Assembly: GCA_012839925.1 (NCBI GenBank)
Contig: DUMJ01000042.1
Span: forward strand, 31,441 to 95,440
DNA: 64,000 nucleotides
Origin: a bacterium
Lineage (GTDB): Bacteria; DUMJ01
Direction of reading: 5' to 3'
Under the pieces are notes generated by a model. It was not told the DNA's origin, ran no database searches, and saw nothing but the letters and a program-made list of their open reading frames with translations. Positions 27,889-37,862 of the stretch are shown piece after piece (the first letter of the stretch is position 1; every line of letters starts with the position of its first letter). A program made the position numbers and the translations under genes.

Positions 27889-29907
27889 CTATGACTTTAA
27901 TATCGATCTTATATTCTCCACCACCTTATCTAGAACTTCTGATCTTGTGTCAGAATAAATAAAGATAGGTATACGCTCTAGCGGGGCAGTATACTTGGAG
28001 AATTCATATGGACCTTTAAATATTTTCTCGTTCCACAGGTCATTCCATTCCCCAGAAGGTAAATAAATATCGCGTTTATTGGAATCTTCGAGTACAGGGG
28101 CAACTAATAATCCATCTCCAAGCATATACTCATCTTCGATCCCTCTAACTTTCTCATCTTCAGGGAATTCTAGGTACAGATGTCTTACAAGTGGGATACC
28201 AGTATCGGAGGAAATACGGGCTTGCTCTATCAGATATGGAATCAATGCATAATGAATCTTTGAATAAAGCCTGTAGATATCTATTATTTCAGGAGAGAAG
28301 TCATAAGGTCTTGTTACTGTGCCGTGTGTTTCCATATTTACAGTGAAACACGCCAATTCTGTCCCCCTTATAAAGACCTCTTCTTCTATGTTCCTTTCTT
28401 TATCTCTTGCTGGCATATAACCAGCCAGGTCATGACACATAAATGGAATTCCAGAGACCCCAGAACTCAATATGGCGGACAGGATAGCCTTTAAAAAGCG
28501 AAATTCCCTTAACTGGTCTCCACACCATAAGTACGGATATCTCTGAGCACCAATTCCTCCTCCTCTAGCCCAGCAGATTCCACCTTCTGGACGCATCTTC
28601 TGGTAGAGGTTATACATCATTGTACCATATTTCACAGCATGATAATGGTGCATTCCTTTAATAGACCTTCCCGAAAAAAGCTTAAGATTCTCATCCTCGG
28701 GAAATTCTTCACCAAAGTCAATCTTTGCTCCATCCAATCCTATGTCTACTAGAAGTCTCTTCCATACATAATTTTGCCACCAATCTAAGGTCTCAGGGTT
28801 TGTAAGGTCTAAAAAGCAACTTAATCTTCTATCTGGCGCATCAACAGGATTATAAAGTGGAGCTTCTTTAATAAGAGTATTCCCCGAACTATCTTTGACA
28901 AAGAAGTCTTCCTTTGCCTTATGAGTTTCCCAGTATTCTTTATCAAGTCTTCCACATCTCTCATAGACGAGGACCTTTTTCCCCTTTTTATGAAGTTCAT
29001 CGACAATCTTTTTCAGATCTTCATAGGTTGATGTGTCATAGGTGTTCCACCCTTCAATAATTACAGTAGTCCAGGGCAGATCATTCTCTTCCATCTTCCT
29101 TGCCATCTCTCTAATTCCTTCAATAGTGGCAAACTCTCGCAATCTTCCATGTCTGCTAACAAAGATTCCGAAACTCCATTCTGGAGGCATAGGTGAGAAC
29201 CCTGATAGTTCAGCATAGTCCCTTAGAATCTCCTTAGGAGAATCTTCGATAAATACATACAGATCTAACGGGGCGTCCTTAAGAGTGATGGACCATCTAT
29301 CAGGAGTATTTTCTCCCAAATCAAAAAATGAATACTCATAACGATTCATGAAAAGGGCATATCCTTCTGTACTCAGAACAAATGGAATCGGTACATAGCT
29401 GTTACCTTCTGTCTGACACCATCTATCTTCAGACCATATATGAGCAGATTTTCCTCTCTGGTTAGCACCATTGAATCTTTCTCCTAACCCATAAGTAAAC
29501 TCATTGTTTTTTAATGAACCAGAGATGGTAATAGAAGCTTCATCAAAAGATATATCATCTATTGTGCATTTAGTTTTTCCTGTTTTATCTAAAAAAAGAA
29601 TATGAAAGGGAGATAAATTAATTTGTATAGATGTACTATTTACAGCACTCTCTATCTGAAAACTGGTATCAGACTTCTCTTTTATATCTAAGGGTAAGAT
29701 ATTTTCATTCGATGGTTCATTAAATTCTTCCTTTAAAAGCTGGACTGCTCCTAAATTATCAAATTCCTCCTTAACATCCGCACTCTGTAACCTCCATACA
29801 TTAGCTTTAGAGGATGCAATCCTAAGATAGACTTTTTTCCCATTCTCTCTGGAAAGAATCAACTCAACTCTATCAGGGTTTTTTATGATCTCCAGAATAT
29901 CTGTCAT
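27889..29907 (-). CDS. Glycoside hydrolase family 31 (alpha-xylosidase/alpha-glucosidase-like)
   Basis: YGLGERF, YVPIPF, KIDFGE nucleophile, WCGD acid/base, HDLAGY, EYMLGD.LLVAPV. Confidence 0.9.
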   Translation of the reverse strand: MTDILEIIKNPDRVELILSRENGKKVYLRIASSKANVWRLQSADVKEEFDNLGAVQLLKEEFNEPSNENILPLDIKEKSDTSFQIESAVNSTSIQINLSPFHILFLDKTGKTKCTIDDISFDEASITISGSLKNNEFTYGLGERFNGANQRGKSAHIWSEDRWCQTEGNSYVPIPFVLSTEGYALFMNRYEYSFFDLGENTPDRWSITLKDAPLDLYVFIEDSPKEILRDYAELSGFSPMPPEWSFGIFVSRHGRLREFATIEGIREMARKMEENDLPWTTVIIEGWNTYDTSTYEDLKKIVDELHKKGKKVLVYERCGRLDKEYWETHKAKEDFFVKDSSGNTLIKEAPLYNPVDAPDRRLSCFLDLTNPETLDWWQNYVWKRLLVDIGLDGAKIDFGEEFPEDENLKLFSGRSIKGMHHYHAVKYGTMMYNLYQKMRPEGGICWARGGGIGAQRYPYLWCGDQLREFRFLKAILSAILSSGVSGIPFMCHDLAGYMPARDKERNIEEEVFIRGTELACFTVNMETHGTVTRPYDFSPEIIDIYRLYSKIHYALIPYLIEQARISSDTGIPLVRHLYLEFPEDEKVRGIEDEYMLGDGLLVAPVLEDSNKRDIYLPSGEWNDLWNEKIFKGPYEFSKYTAPLERIPIFIYSDTRSEVLDKVVENIRSILKS

Positions 29908-29926
29908 ATATCTTGCCTCCTATTAT

Positions 29927-29956
29927 AAGGGGGGCATCTAAAAGATGCCCCCCTTT
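29927..29956 (-). terminator. Strong stem-loop between the SBP gene and GH31
   Basis: AAGGGGGGCATCT-AAA-AGATGCCCCCCTT. Confidence 0.7.
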
Positions 29957-29963
29957 GTGATAT

Positions 29964-31943
29964 TTACTTCTTTATAAAGAACTGACAGGTGTTAACAGGA
30001 GCATGAGTTGGGAATTGCCCACTCTCATAAGCCTCCGGGACATTCCTAAAATTGTTCTTAGTAATTATAAATTGAGGTGGAATCGTACATATACCCATCA
30101 CATAGAGATTCTTAGCCTGCACATCAAGGATCTGCTTAAATAGCTGATTTTGTTTTGCTGGATCTGTAGCAACTGTAATCTGATCATAAAGAGCCATTTG
30201 ATGTCTTACCTCTGGAGGTGGAACTTCTCCAGATTTCCCACCAGATTGGTACCAAAGTGCCCATTGGGGCGCCTGTCTCGAATCTGGATACATCCATGGG
30301 AAATACCAGTATGGCATTATTAATGGCTCATATCCTGTTCCAGAATCTCCCCACCAACTTGTAACATCATACTCAGCGGCGGCAGTCCTTATATCCCATA
30401 GAGTTCTGTCTTCTCCTTTTACTGCTACTTTTATCCCGACCGCCTGCCAATATTTTCTAACCATCTCCCAAATATCCCCAGGAATACCAGATATTTCTAT
30501 AGTTATCTCTAGAGTCTTTCCATCTGGACGCAGCCTAAAACCATCCCTATCTCTTTTAGTTAGACCTATCTCGTCTAAGAGTTGATTGGCCTTCTTAGGG
30601 TCATATTCGGTATAATTCTTAGCAGCGGCCTCATGGAAAAGTGGAGTTCCCCTTTGCGGAGATATCTGCCAAGGTTCAGCTAGTCCTAAAAAGACCAAGT
30701 CTATAATTTCCTGTCTGTTTATAGCATGAGAAAGGGCTATTCTGAATCTCCTATCATTAAATAGTTTCCTTAGGACAGGGTCTTTATGATTTAGGTTAAA
30801 TATTATTGTGTGCTGATTCATAGAAGTATGCGTCTGCCTTATAAGTCTATAATCCCCTTTTTCTCTATTCTCCATAAAGAGAGGATAGTCAGCTATGTTC
30901 TGTCCAATCCCCCTACTTTGCATATCTATTTCTCCATTAAGGGCTTTCATCTTCGAAACCTCACCACTTTCCACTATATCAGCGGTGACCCTGTCTATAT
31001 ATGGAAGTTGATTTCCTGCTGTATCAACCTTCCAGTAATAAGGATTTCTCTCAAGAGAAACCCTTGTACCTGTACCAATGGGGGTAACAACCTTCCAGGC
31101 ATTTAAGACAGGGAGTTCCGGATTCATCCAGGGGTCATTTTTGTTGCTAAACAAGTTGATCCAGGTATTGAGTTTTTCTTTCTTTATAAGTTCTTCTAGC
31201 TTGTCTTTAGTCACATAGTTTGGATGAAATTGTTTAAGATAGTGAGAAGGGGTAATTAAATTTCTTCCTGAGGTTGTGGCAAGCATTGGTAGAAAGAGTC
31301 CTGCAGGTTTTTTAAAACTGAATCTAACAGTGTAATTATCAAGTTTTTCTACCTTTGCTACTTCCTCTTCACTGGTGAGCCATTTTGGTGGAACAGGAGT
31401 CAGTTCTTTATTTAGTAAGATATCTTTATACCAGAACATAATATCGTCAGCTGTGAATGGCTCTCCATCAGACCACTTTAATCCTTTTCGGAGATAGAAG
31501 GTAAATGTCCTCCCATTTCCTCCAATCTTCCAGCTTTCTGCTACTCCAGGAAGAACGATAGAAAGAGTTGGGTCTATTCTCACGAGCCCCTCATAATCTA
31601 TCTCTCTAACAAGAAGCATCGTGTCACCTCTTCCAGACATAGCCATTCTCCAAGTACCACCATACTGACCTACTTCTTCTACTGGAACTACTACTATTGG
31701 TTTTTCTGGTAATCTCTTATCTATTGAAGGAAGTTTTCCCTGTTTTACCAGGTCTGCTAGTTGTGGGGCTTCGCTAAACTTAGTTATCTTCTTCCCTACA
31801 GCCTTTTCGTAGTCAGAAGGACTGTTATACTGTGATGGAGAAGGGGGCTTAGGTGCAGGTGCGAATGAAATTTGTTGAGCAAAAGCCAATGAACTTAAAG
31901 TAAATACCAATAGTAAACTCAAAACTAATAAAAATCTTTTCAT
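29964..31943 (-). CDS. ABC transporter family-5 solute-binding protein (probably oligosaccharide)
   Basis: Signal peptide MKRFLLVLSLLLVFTLSSLAFA, EAP.L..LVKQGKLP, LRKGLKWSDG.PFTADD, RNPYYWKVD.AGNQLPYID; RBS favours ATG at 31943. Confidence 0.92.
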   Translation of the reverse strand: MKRFLLVLSLLLVFTLSSLAFAQQISFAPAPKPPSPSQYNSPSDYEKAVGKKITKFSEAPQLADLVKQGKLPSIDKRLPEKPIVVVPVEEVGQYGGTWRMAMSGRGDTMLLVREIDYEGLVRIDPTLSIVLPGVAESWKIGGNGRTFTFYLRKGLKWSDGEPFTADDIMFWYKDILLNKELTPVPPKWLTSEEEVAKVEKLDNYTVRFSFKKPAGLFLPMLATTSGRNLITPSHYLKQFHPNYVTKDKLEELIKKEKLNTWINLFSNKNDPWMNPELPVLNAWKVVTPIGTGTRVSLERNPYYWKVDTAGNQLPYIDRVTADIVESGEVSKMKALNGEIDMQSRGIGQNIADYPLFMENREKGDYRLIRQTHTSMNQHTIIFNLNHKDPVLRKLFNDRRFRIALSHAINRQEIIDLVFLGLAEPWQISPQRGTPLFHEAAAKNYTEYDPKKANQLLDEIGLTKRDRDGFRLRPDGKTLEITIEISGIPGDIWEMVRKYWQAVGIKVAVKGEDRTLWDIRTAAAEYDVTSWWGDSGTGYEPLIMPYWYFPWMYPDSRQAPQWALWYQSGGKSGEVPPPEVRHQMALYDQITVATDPAKQNQLFKQILDVQAKNLYVMGICTIPPQFIITKNNFRNVPEAYESGQFPTHAPVNTCQFFIKK

Positions 31944-32091
31944 GCTATTTACCTCCATTTATAATATCAAGATTTTCTAAAACTCTTAATACTCTTCTAT
32001 CTTCCCCTGTTTTACCCCCCCTAAGATCGCTATCCAAATCTACCATTTTGGGTTAACTTGACTGGATCACCTTCCTCCTTGTTTAGGTAAA

Positions 32092-32110
32092 TTTTCGGAA
32101 ACTCCGAAAA
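32092..32110. promoter_or_regulatory. 8-3-8 inverted repeat (operator or RNA hairpin) in the SBP leader
   Basis: TTTTCGGA-AAC-TCCGAAAA. Confidence 0.45.
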
Positions 32111-32116
32111 CCTCTT

Positions 32117-33141
32117 GTAGTCTCACTTTCATTCGTAGCCTTACTACTTCTCACCTCCACAGCCCAACTATCTTGACTTCTACCTTACCACCCCCTTATC
32201 CTATAAGAAAAATCTTGAATAAGAAGGCGATAAACATGCTTAAACCACAACACTTTTTACAGCATTCATTATACCAGAAAAATCTTATTAGTTCACTCAA
32301 AAGCCTCTTACCCTTATATAGAGATAGGATTGAAGAATATTCTGAGCTTATAGATAAGCTCTTCTACTTTAACTTAGACCCTGCTTACAATATCCTATCC
32401 CCTCTCTACTCTAACACTGGCAGACCTGCTAAGTATCAAGCTGAAATACTTCGCTCCCTCGTCGCTATGACCCACCTTAAAATCCATAGCATCACTAACT
32501 GGGTTAAGAAACTCAGAACCGATAGAGTCCTCGCTATCATCTGTGGCTTTGACCCTGATGACATCCCAGGTGTCGGTACCTTCTATGACTTCCTGAGTAG
32601 AGTCTGTCCATCTGATGGCGAACCTGGCAAGATTAGGTCCCCTCATCAAAACCCTGGTAAGAACCTTAAAAAGGGTGAGAAACTTCCTCCTAAACATCCA
32701 AACGTCATTTCTCTGATCCTTCAGCCAGGTGGGGTTGGGATAGTTGAAAGATGCATGAAACGTATATTGATAGACTATGAACTAGAGAAAGCCAGAGTTT
32801 ACAGCAGGAAGTAGTGGATATGGAGGATAGCTCTTATATGTATAAACATCCATCTAGACGCCTGGGTAGACTATACTAGACCTAACATAGTTGGGTACCT
32901 TACCAGTTGGGCTGAAGAAGCAGGTTAGACGTAAGTTAATTGAAAGCTTAGACGTAGAAAATAAGAGAGACTACAAAAAGGTCTCTTAGTAGCTAATTAT
33001 TATCTTTACTCCAATATTCACTTTTCAAGGTACGTACCCCTTATTTATAGGCTCTTATAGCCCGGGATAATTTAACTCTCACTTTAAATTTACCTATATT
33101 TTACCCCCCACATTTCTGTCAAGGGGTTTCCGAGAGACTAC
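32117..33141 (+). mobile_element. Internally deleted insertion sequence (DDE transposase remnant, family uncertain)
   Basis: Terminal inverted repeats GTAGTCTC (32117-32124) / GAGACTAC (33134-33141), CTCT near both junctions, inverted purine/pyrimidine skew versus host, transposase fragments inside. Confidence 0.75.
32173..32929 (+). pseudogene. Transposase pseudogene
   Basis: N-terminus (YSNTGRPA...ICGF.P..IPGVGTFYDF) joined to a C-terminal-like segment (VERCMKRILIDYELE), in-frame TAG at 32812-32814, then WIWRIALICINIHLDAW; far too short for an intact DDE core. Confidence 0.75.
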
Positions 33142-33275
33142 TCTATGCTTATCTATCAAGGTGTGCTTGCCTTACTCTTCAAGCCTCAATACACCGTTAT
33201 AGGAATAATAATACTATAGATATCAAAATACTACAAGAACTTTCTGAATATTAATCGTTGGAAATGATTAGCCAG
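33142..33275 (-). repeat. Copy 2 of the dispersed promoter/leader duplication
   Basis: See 27648-27873; minus-strand TTGTAG-17-TATTAT at 33236-33208 directly before block A. Confidence 0.8.
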
Positions 33276-33285
33276 GAAAAATCTT

Positions 33286-33681
33286 TTGAGATATAATATA
33301 GGGCATATGAAAAGAGCTTTGAGTTCAACATATTATATAGAGGATAATAAATATAGCTTTGGTTTACTGTTCCGATATATTTTGATACCTTTTCTTATTA
33401 TTCTATTTCTGGTAGAGCCGGTCTATGCAAATTCAAATATTAAGGGATTATTTACTGCTGTCCCCTGGGACAAGCAGCTTCACTTTACCTGGGGGTTTGT
33501 CTTGACAGTAACCCTCGTAGCTTTAACAGGCTCTTTTACTACAGGGATATTTACTGTTATCCTTCTTGGATTAACCAAAGAATATTTCATAGATGATTTC
33601 CCTGACATGGAAGATTTTATATATACCTTTTGCGGAACTCTTCTTGGATGTTTGATCACCAGCACATTGATACAGAGGTAG
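33286..33681 (+). CDS. Small membrane protein with DKxLHF and KExxD motifs (VanZ/YfiM-like, function unknown)
   Basis: Hydrophobic segments, WDKQLHF, GLTKEYFID; start codon uncertain. Confidence 0.55.
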   Translation: MRYNIGHMKRALSSTYYIEDNKYSFGLLFRYILIPFLIILFLVEPVYANSNIKGLFTAVPWDKQLHFTWGFVLTVTLVALTGSFTTGIFTVILLGLTKEYFIDDFPDMEDFIYTFCGTLLGCLITSTLIQR

Positions 33682-33792
33682 AGAAATTTACATGCTAGAA
33701 TATTGTCCTGGGACTTTTCATAAATCTTTGACTATCCTTATAGAAATTAGTATAATTTCGTTACAAAATACTATAAGATTCAGGAGGTAATT

Positions 33793-35073
33793 ATGGAAAG
33801 AAAGTGGAGTTTTGAAACATTAGCTTTACATGGAGGACAGGAGGTCGATCCGTACACCTTGTCCAGATCGGTACCTATATACCAGACCACGTCTTATTTA
33901 TTCAAAGATGCCGAACACGCTGCAAGATTATTTGCAGTTGAAGAGGAAGGTTATACATACTCCAGGATGATGAATCCTACTGTTAATACATTCGAGAAAA
34001 GGGTTGCTCTACTTGAAGGTGGGGTTGGGGCATTAGCTACAGCTTCAGGTCAGGCGGCAGAACTTATCGCTATTTTAAATATAGCCAAGGAGGGGGATGA
34101 GATTGTCTCCAGTTTTAGCCTGTATGGAGGAACATATAATCTTTTTGCCTCTACATTTAAGAGATTAGGTATAACTGCTAAATTTGTAGACCCTTCTGAT
34201 CCTGAGAACTTTAGGAAAGTTCTTACTTCCAGGACAAAAGCTATTTACGCTGAGACGCTTGGAAATCCAAAGCTTGATACACTTGATATAGAAGCAGTTG
34301 CTGATATAGCTCATAATGCAGGGGTTCCTCTCATTATAGATAATACTATCCCTTCGCCGTATCTGGTGAGACCTGTAGAATATGGTGCCGATATAGTGAT
34401 TCATTCCGCCACAAAGTTTATTGGTGGACACGGGACATCAATTGGTGGAATAATTGTTGACAGTGGTAAATTTGACTGGAAGAATGGGAAATTCCCTGAG
34501 ATTGCGGAGCCAGACCCTACATATCACGGATTGAATTATATAGAAAAGTTTGGAGAGGCTGCGTATATTTCTAAGGCAAGGTTACAATTGATGAGAGACT
34601 TAGGGGCTTGCATGAGTCCATTCAACGCTTTTCTCTTCTTGCAGGGACTTGAGACATTACCGATAAGAATGGAAAGACACAGTCAGAATGCTATGGAAGT
34701 CGCTCAATTTCTGAAGAATCATCCTAAGGTCAGCTGGGTTAATTATCCTGGTCTTCCTGATAACCCATACTACAACACAGCTAAGAAATATTTCAATCGT
34801 AATCTCTTCGGTGCTATGATCGGGTTTGGAGTTAAAGGAGGCTTGGAGGCTGGCAAGAAGTTTGTAAATAATGTGAAATTATTGTCTCATCTTGCCAATA
34901 TAGGAGATGCCAAGTCTTTGGTAATTCATCCCGCTAGCACTACTCATGCCCAGCTCACTCCGGAGGAGCAGCTGGCAGCAGGAGTAACCCCTGACTTTAT
35001 AAGACTTTCCATCGGATTGGAAGGTATAGATGATATAATTTATGATATAGATCAGGCTTTGAGTAAGGCATAG
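33793..35073 (+). CDS. metY: O-acetylhomoserine aminocarboxypropyltransferase (sulfhydrylase)
   Basis: [27 protein letters not shown] (PLP Lys), [18 protein letters not shown]. Confidence 0.95.
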   Translation: MERKWSFETLALHGGQEVDPYTLSRSVPIYQTTSYLFKDAEHAARLFAVEEEGYTYSRMMNPTVNTFEKRVALLEGGVGALATASGQAAELIAILNIAKEGDEIVSSFSLYGGTYNLFASTFKRLGITAKFVDPSDPENFRKVLTSRTKAIYAETLGNPKLDTLDIEAVADIAHNAGVPLIIDNTIPSPYLVRPVEYGADIVIHSATKFIGGHGTSIGGIIVDSGKFDWKNGKFPEIAEPDPTYHGLNYIEKFGEAAYISKARLQLMRDLGACMSPFNAFLFLQGLETLPIRMERHSQNAMEVAQFLKNHPKVSWVNYPGLPDNPYYNTAKKYFNRNLFGAMIGFGVKGGLEAGKKFVNNVKLLSHLANIGDAKSLVIHPASTTHAQLTPEEQLAAGVTPDFIRLSIGLEGIDDIIYDIDQALSKA

Positions 35074-35077
35074 AAGA

Positions 35078-36211
35078 ATGGAAGAGGTTTTTTATGTAGA
35101 GACACAGTACTATACCTTTGCACATCCACCAGACGAATTGGTACTGGAAAGTGGAGAAAAATTAGGACCGATAACACTGGCGTATGAAACCTATGGAGAA
35201 CTTGATAAAGGTAAAAAGAATGCCATACTTATACTGCATGCTCTTTCCGGGGATGCCCATGTAGCAGGGTACCATAAGGGTGATAGAAAGCCTGGCTGGT
35301 GGGACAATATGGTTGGTCCAGGTAAGGCTTTTGATACAAATAAATACTTTGTCATATGCTCCAATGTGATTGGTGGATGTAAGGGTTCGACAGGTCCATC
35401 TTCTATTAATCCAGCCACAGGTAAACCTTATGGGCTTGAATTCCCCGTGATAACAATAAAAGATATGGTTAATGCCCAAAAATATCTTATAGATTACCTC
35501 GGTATTGAGAAGATATTATGTATCGCCGGTGGTTCAATGGGTGGAATGCAGGTCCTTCAATGGACTGTAAGTTATCCCCAGCTGGTAAGGTCTGCCATAC
35601 CGATAGCAACAGCCAGCAAGAACAGAGCCATGCAGATTGCCTTCAATGAGGTTGGAAGGCAGGCTATAATGAGTGATCCAAACTGGAATAAGGGTGATTA
35701 CTATGGTAAGTCTCATCCTGATACAGGTTTGGCGATTGCCCGTATGGTTGGTCATATCACATATTTAAGTGAAGTTTCTATGGAGCAAAAGTTTGGCAGG
35801 AGATTACGTCAGAAAGAGAGGTATGGGTATGATTTCTCGGTAGATTTCGAGGTGGAAAGTTATTTACACCATCAGGGGTTGAGTTTCACACAGAGATTTG
35901 ATGCTAACAGCTATCTGTATATTACAAAGGCTATAGATTACTTTGACCTTGCAAATGGGTATGGTTCTCTCTTTGAGGCGTTCAGCAATTCTGGTGATAC
36001 AAAGTTTCTTGTAATATCTTTTACTTCAGACTGGCTCTATCCACCAGTTCAGTCCAAGGAGATAGTTCGTGCGCTGGAGGCAAATGGTATAGATGTTACT
36101 TATAGGGAGATAGAGTCAAATTACGGACATGACGCATTTTTACTTGAGGAAGATGAACAGACCCGTATAATAAGTAGCTTCCTTGAGCATGTTTATAGAG
36201 GGATAAGATGA
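35078..36211 (+). CDS. metX: Homoserine O-acetyltransferase
   Basis: [34 protein letters not shown]. Confidence 0.95.
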   Translation: MEEVFYVETQYYTFAHPPDELVLESGEKLGPITLAYETYGELDKGKKNAILILHALSGDAHVAGYHKGDRKPGWWDNMVGPGKAFDTNKYFVICSNVIGGCKGSTGPSSINPATGKPYGLEFPVITIKDMVNAQKYLIDYLGIEKILCIAGGSMGGMQVLQWTVSYPQLVRSAIPIATASKNRAMQIAFNEVGRQAIMSDPNWNKGDYYGKSHPDTGLAIARMVGHITYLSEVSMEQKFGRRLRQKERYGYDFSVDFEVESYLHHQGLSFTQRFDANSYLYITKAIDYFDLANGYGSLFEAFSNSGDTKFLVISFTSDWLYPPVQSKEIVRALEANGIDVTYREIESNYGHDAFLLEEDEQTRIISSFLEHVYRGIR

Positions 36212-36795
36212 GGAGAGACTACGAGATTATAGTGGGTCTTATAGATAAAAATGCCAGGGTTCTAGACCTGGGCTGTGGAAATGGTGAGCTGCTTGCTCTG
36301 TTAGAGAAGGAGAAGAATATAAGGGGGAAGGGGATAGAGATAAACGGGAAAAGGGTATCTGAAAGTATTTCAAGAGGGATATCTGTCTATCAGGGTGATA
36401 TGGAAGAAGTTCTGCCTGAGTATCCGGATAAATCGTATGACTACATTATAATAAGTCAGACACTTCAAGAGATTAGAAACCCTGAACTGGTAATAACTCA
36501 TTCACTGAGGGTATCCAGATTCGTTATCGTTAGCCTTCCAAACTTTGGATATTGGAGGATAAGACTATCTATCCTATTTAAAGGGCAGATCCCCTCTTCT
36601 ATAGGAGACTTTGTCTACACCTGGTATGAAACTCCGGACGTTCATCCCCTCAGTATAAGAGATTTTGAAGATTACTGTAAGATAAAAGGTATAAGAATAG
36701 TCAAGGCATATTATCTGGCTCACGACAGGATGATCAGTATATGCCCTAACCTCTTTGCCACCCTGGGGATATATATGCTGACTCAGTCTTCGTAG
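36208..36795 (+). CDS. metW: Methionine biosynthesis protein MetW
   Basis: [27 protein letters not shown]; overlaps metX. Confidence 0.9.
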   Translation: MRRDYEIIVGLIDKNARVLDLGCGNGELLALLEKEKNIRGKGIEINGKRVSESISRGISVYQGDMEEVLPEYPDKSYDYIIISQTLQEIRNPELVITHSLRVSRFVIVSLPNFGYWRIRLSILFKGQIPSSIGDFVYTWYETPDVHPLSIRDFEDYCKIKGIRIVKAYYLAHDRMISICPNLFATLGIYMLTQSS

Positions 36796-37709
36796 AGTTC
36801 GGTAGATAGATATCTCTCACCTGTATCAGGTAGAATTACCACGATGAGTTTACCCTCGTTTTCTTCTCTCTTTGCTATCTGAATTCCTGCGTAAACTGCT
36901 GCTCCACTTGATATACCCGCCAATACTCCTTCCTCCTTAGCTAATCTTCTGGCGGTCTCTATCGCTGATTCATCACTTACTCTTATAACTTCATCTATGA
37001 TGTCTCTATTCAGAACCTCTGGGATGAATCCTGCACCAATGCCCTGAATCTTATGTTTCCCCGGTTTTCCTCCGGATAGTACCGGAGATTTTTCAGGTTC
37101 AACAGCTATAGCCCTGAACGATGGTTTTCTTGGCTTTATAACTTCTGCTATCCCTGTAATTGTCCCTCCACTTCCTACTCCGGCAACCACAATATCCACT
37201 TTGCCATCCGTATCTCTCCATATCTCTTCTGCAGTCGTTTTTCTGTGTATTTCAGGATTGGCTGGATTTTTGAATTGATATGGAATAAAATAGCTAGGAT
37301 TAGTACCGGCTAATCTCTCTGCCTCTTCTATAGCTCCTTCCATACCCTTTTCTCCAGGAGTAAGAATGATTTCTGCACCAAATGCCTTCAATAATTTTCT
37401 CCTCTCGATACTCATAGTGTCAGGCATTACCAGTATACATCTATACCCTTTTAATGCACATACCCATGCCAATGCTATCCCGGTATTTCCACTGGTGGGT
37501 TCTATTATTATTGAATCTTTATTTATCTTCCCCAATCTTTCTGCTTCTTCAATCATACTCACCCCTATTCTATCTTTTATGCTCCCAGCGGGGTTGAAGA
37601 ATTCCAATTTTGCCACCAGGCTAGCCCTTATATCTCCTCCAATTTTATTCAGCCTAACTAACGGGGTATTCCCTATGAGGTCTCTCATACTTTCAGCTAT
37701 TTTCATCAA
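36783..37709 (-). CDS. cysK: Cysteine synthase A
   Basis: [41 protein letters not shown]. Confidence 0.96.
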   Translation of the reverse strand: MMKIAESMRDLIGNTPLVRLNKIGGDIRASLVAKLEFFNPAGSIKDRIGVSMIEEAERLGKINKDSIIIEPTSGNTGIALAWVCALKGYRCILVMPDTMSIERRKLLKAFGAEIILTPGEKGMEGAIEEAERLAGTNPSYFIPYQFKNPANPEIHRKTTAEEIWRDTDGKVDIVVAGVGSGGTITGIAEVIKPRKPSFRAIAVEPEKSPVLSGGKPGKHKIQGIGAGFIPEVLNRDIIDEVIRVSDESAIETARRLAKEEGVLAGISSGAAVYAGIQIAKREENEGKLIVVILPDTGERYLSTELYED

Positions 37710-37862
37710 AGATTCCTCCTCTGTCTTATGGAAATCTTATCGATTATATCATATTTATATCAATTTTACCTGAAAATACTTGATATATTTTCTACAATCT
37801 ATAAAATTATTATAATTACATAATTAAAACGGTAAGAATAAAATTTGGAGGTGTAAACTTTA

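Noticed and set aside
32812-32814. Programmed TAG readthrough (pyrrolysine) in the transposase
   Set aside because: The gene also has a large internal deletion, so a nonsense mutation in a pseudogene is the simpler explanation; no pyl genes in the window
33682-33792. SAM riboswitch or T-box before metY
   Set aside because: Region is ~110 bp, occupied by a promoter-like sequence, with no S-box or T-box consensus
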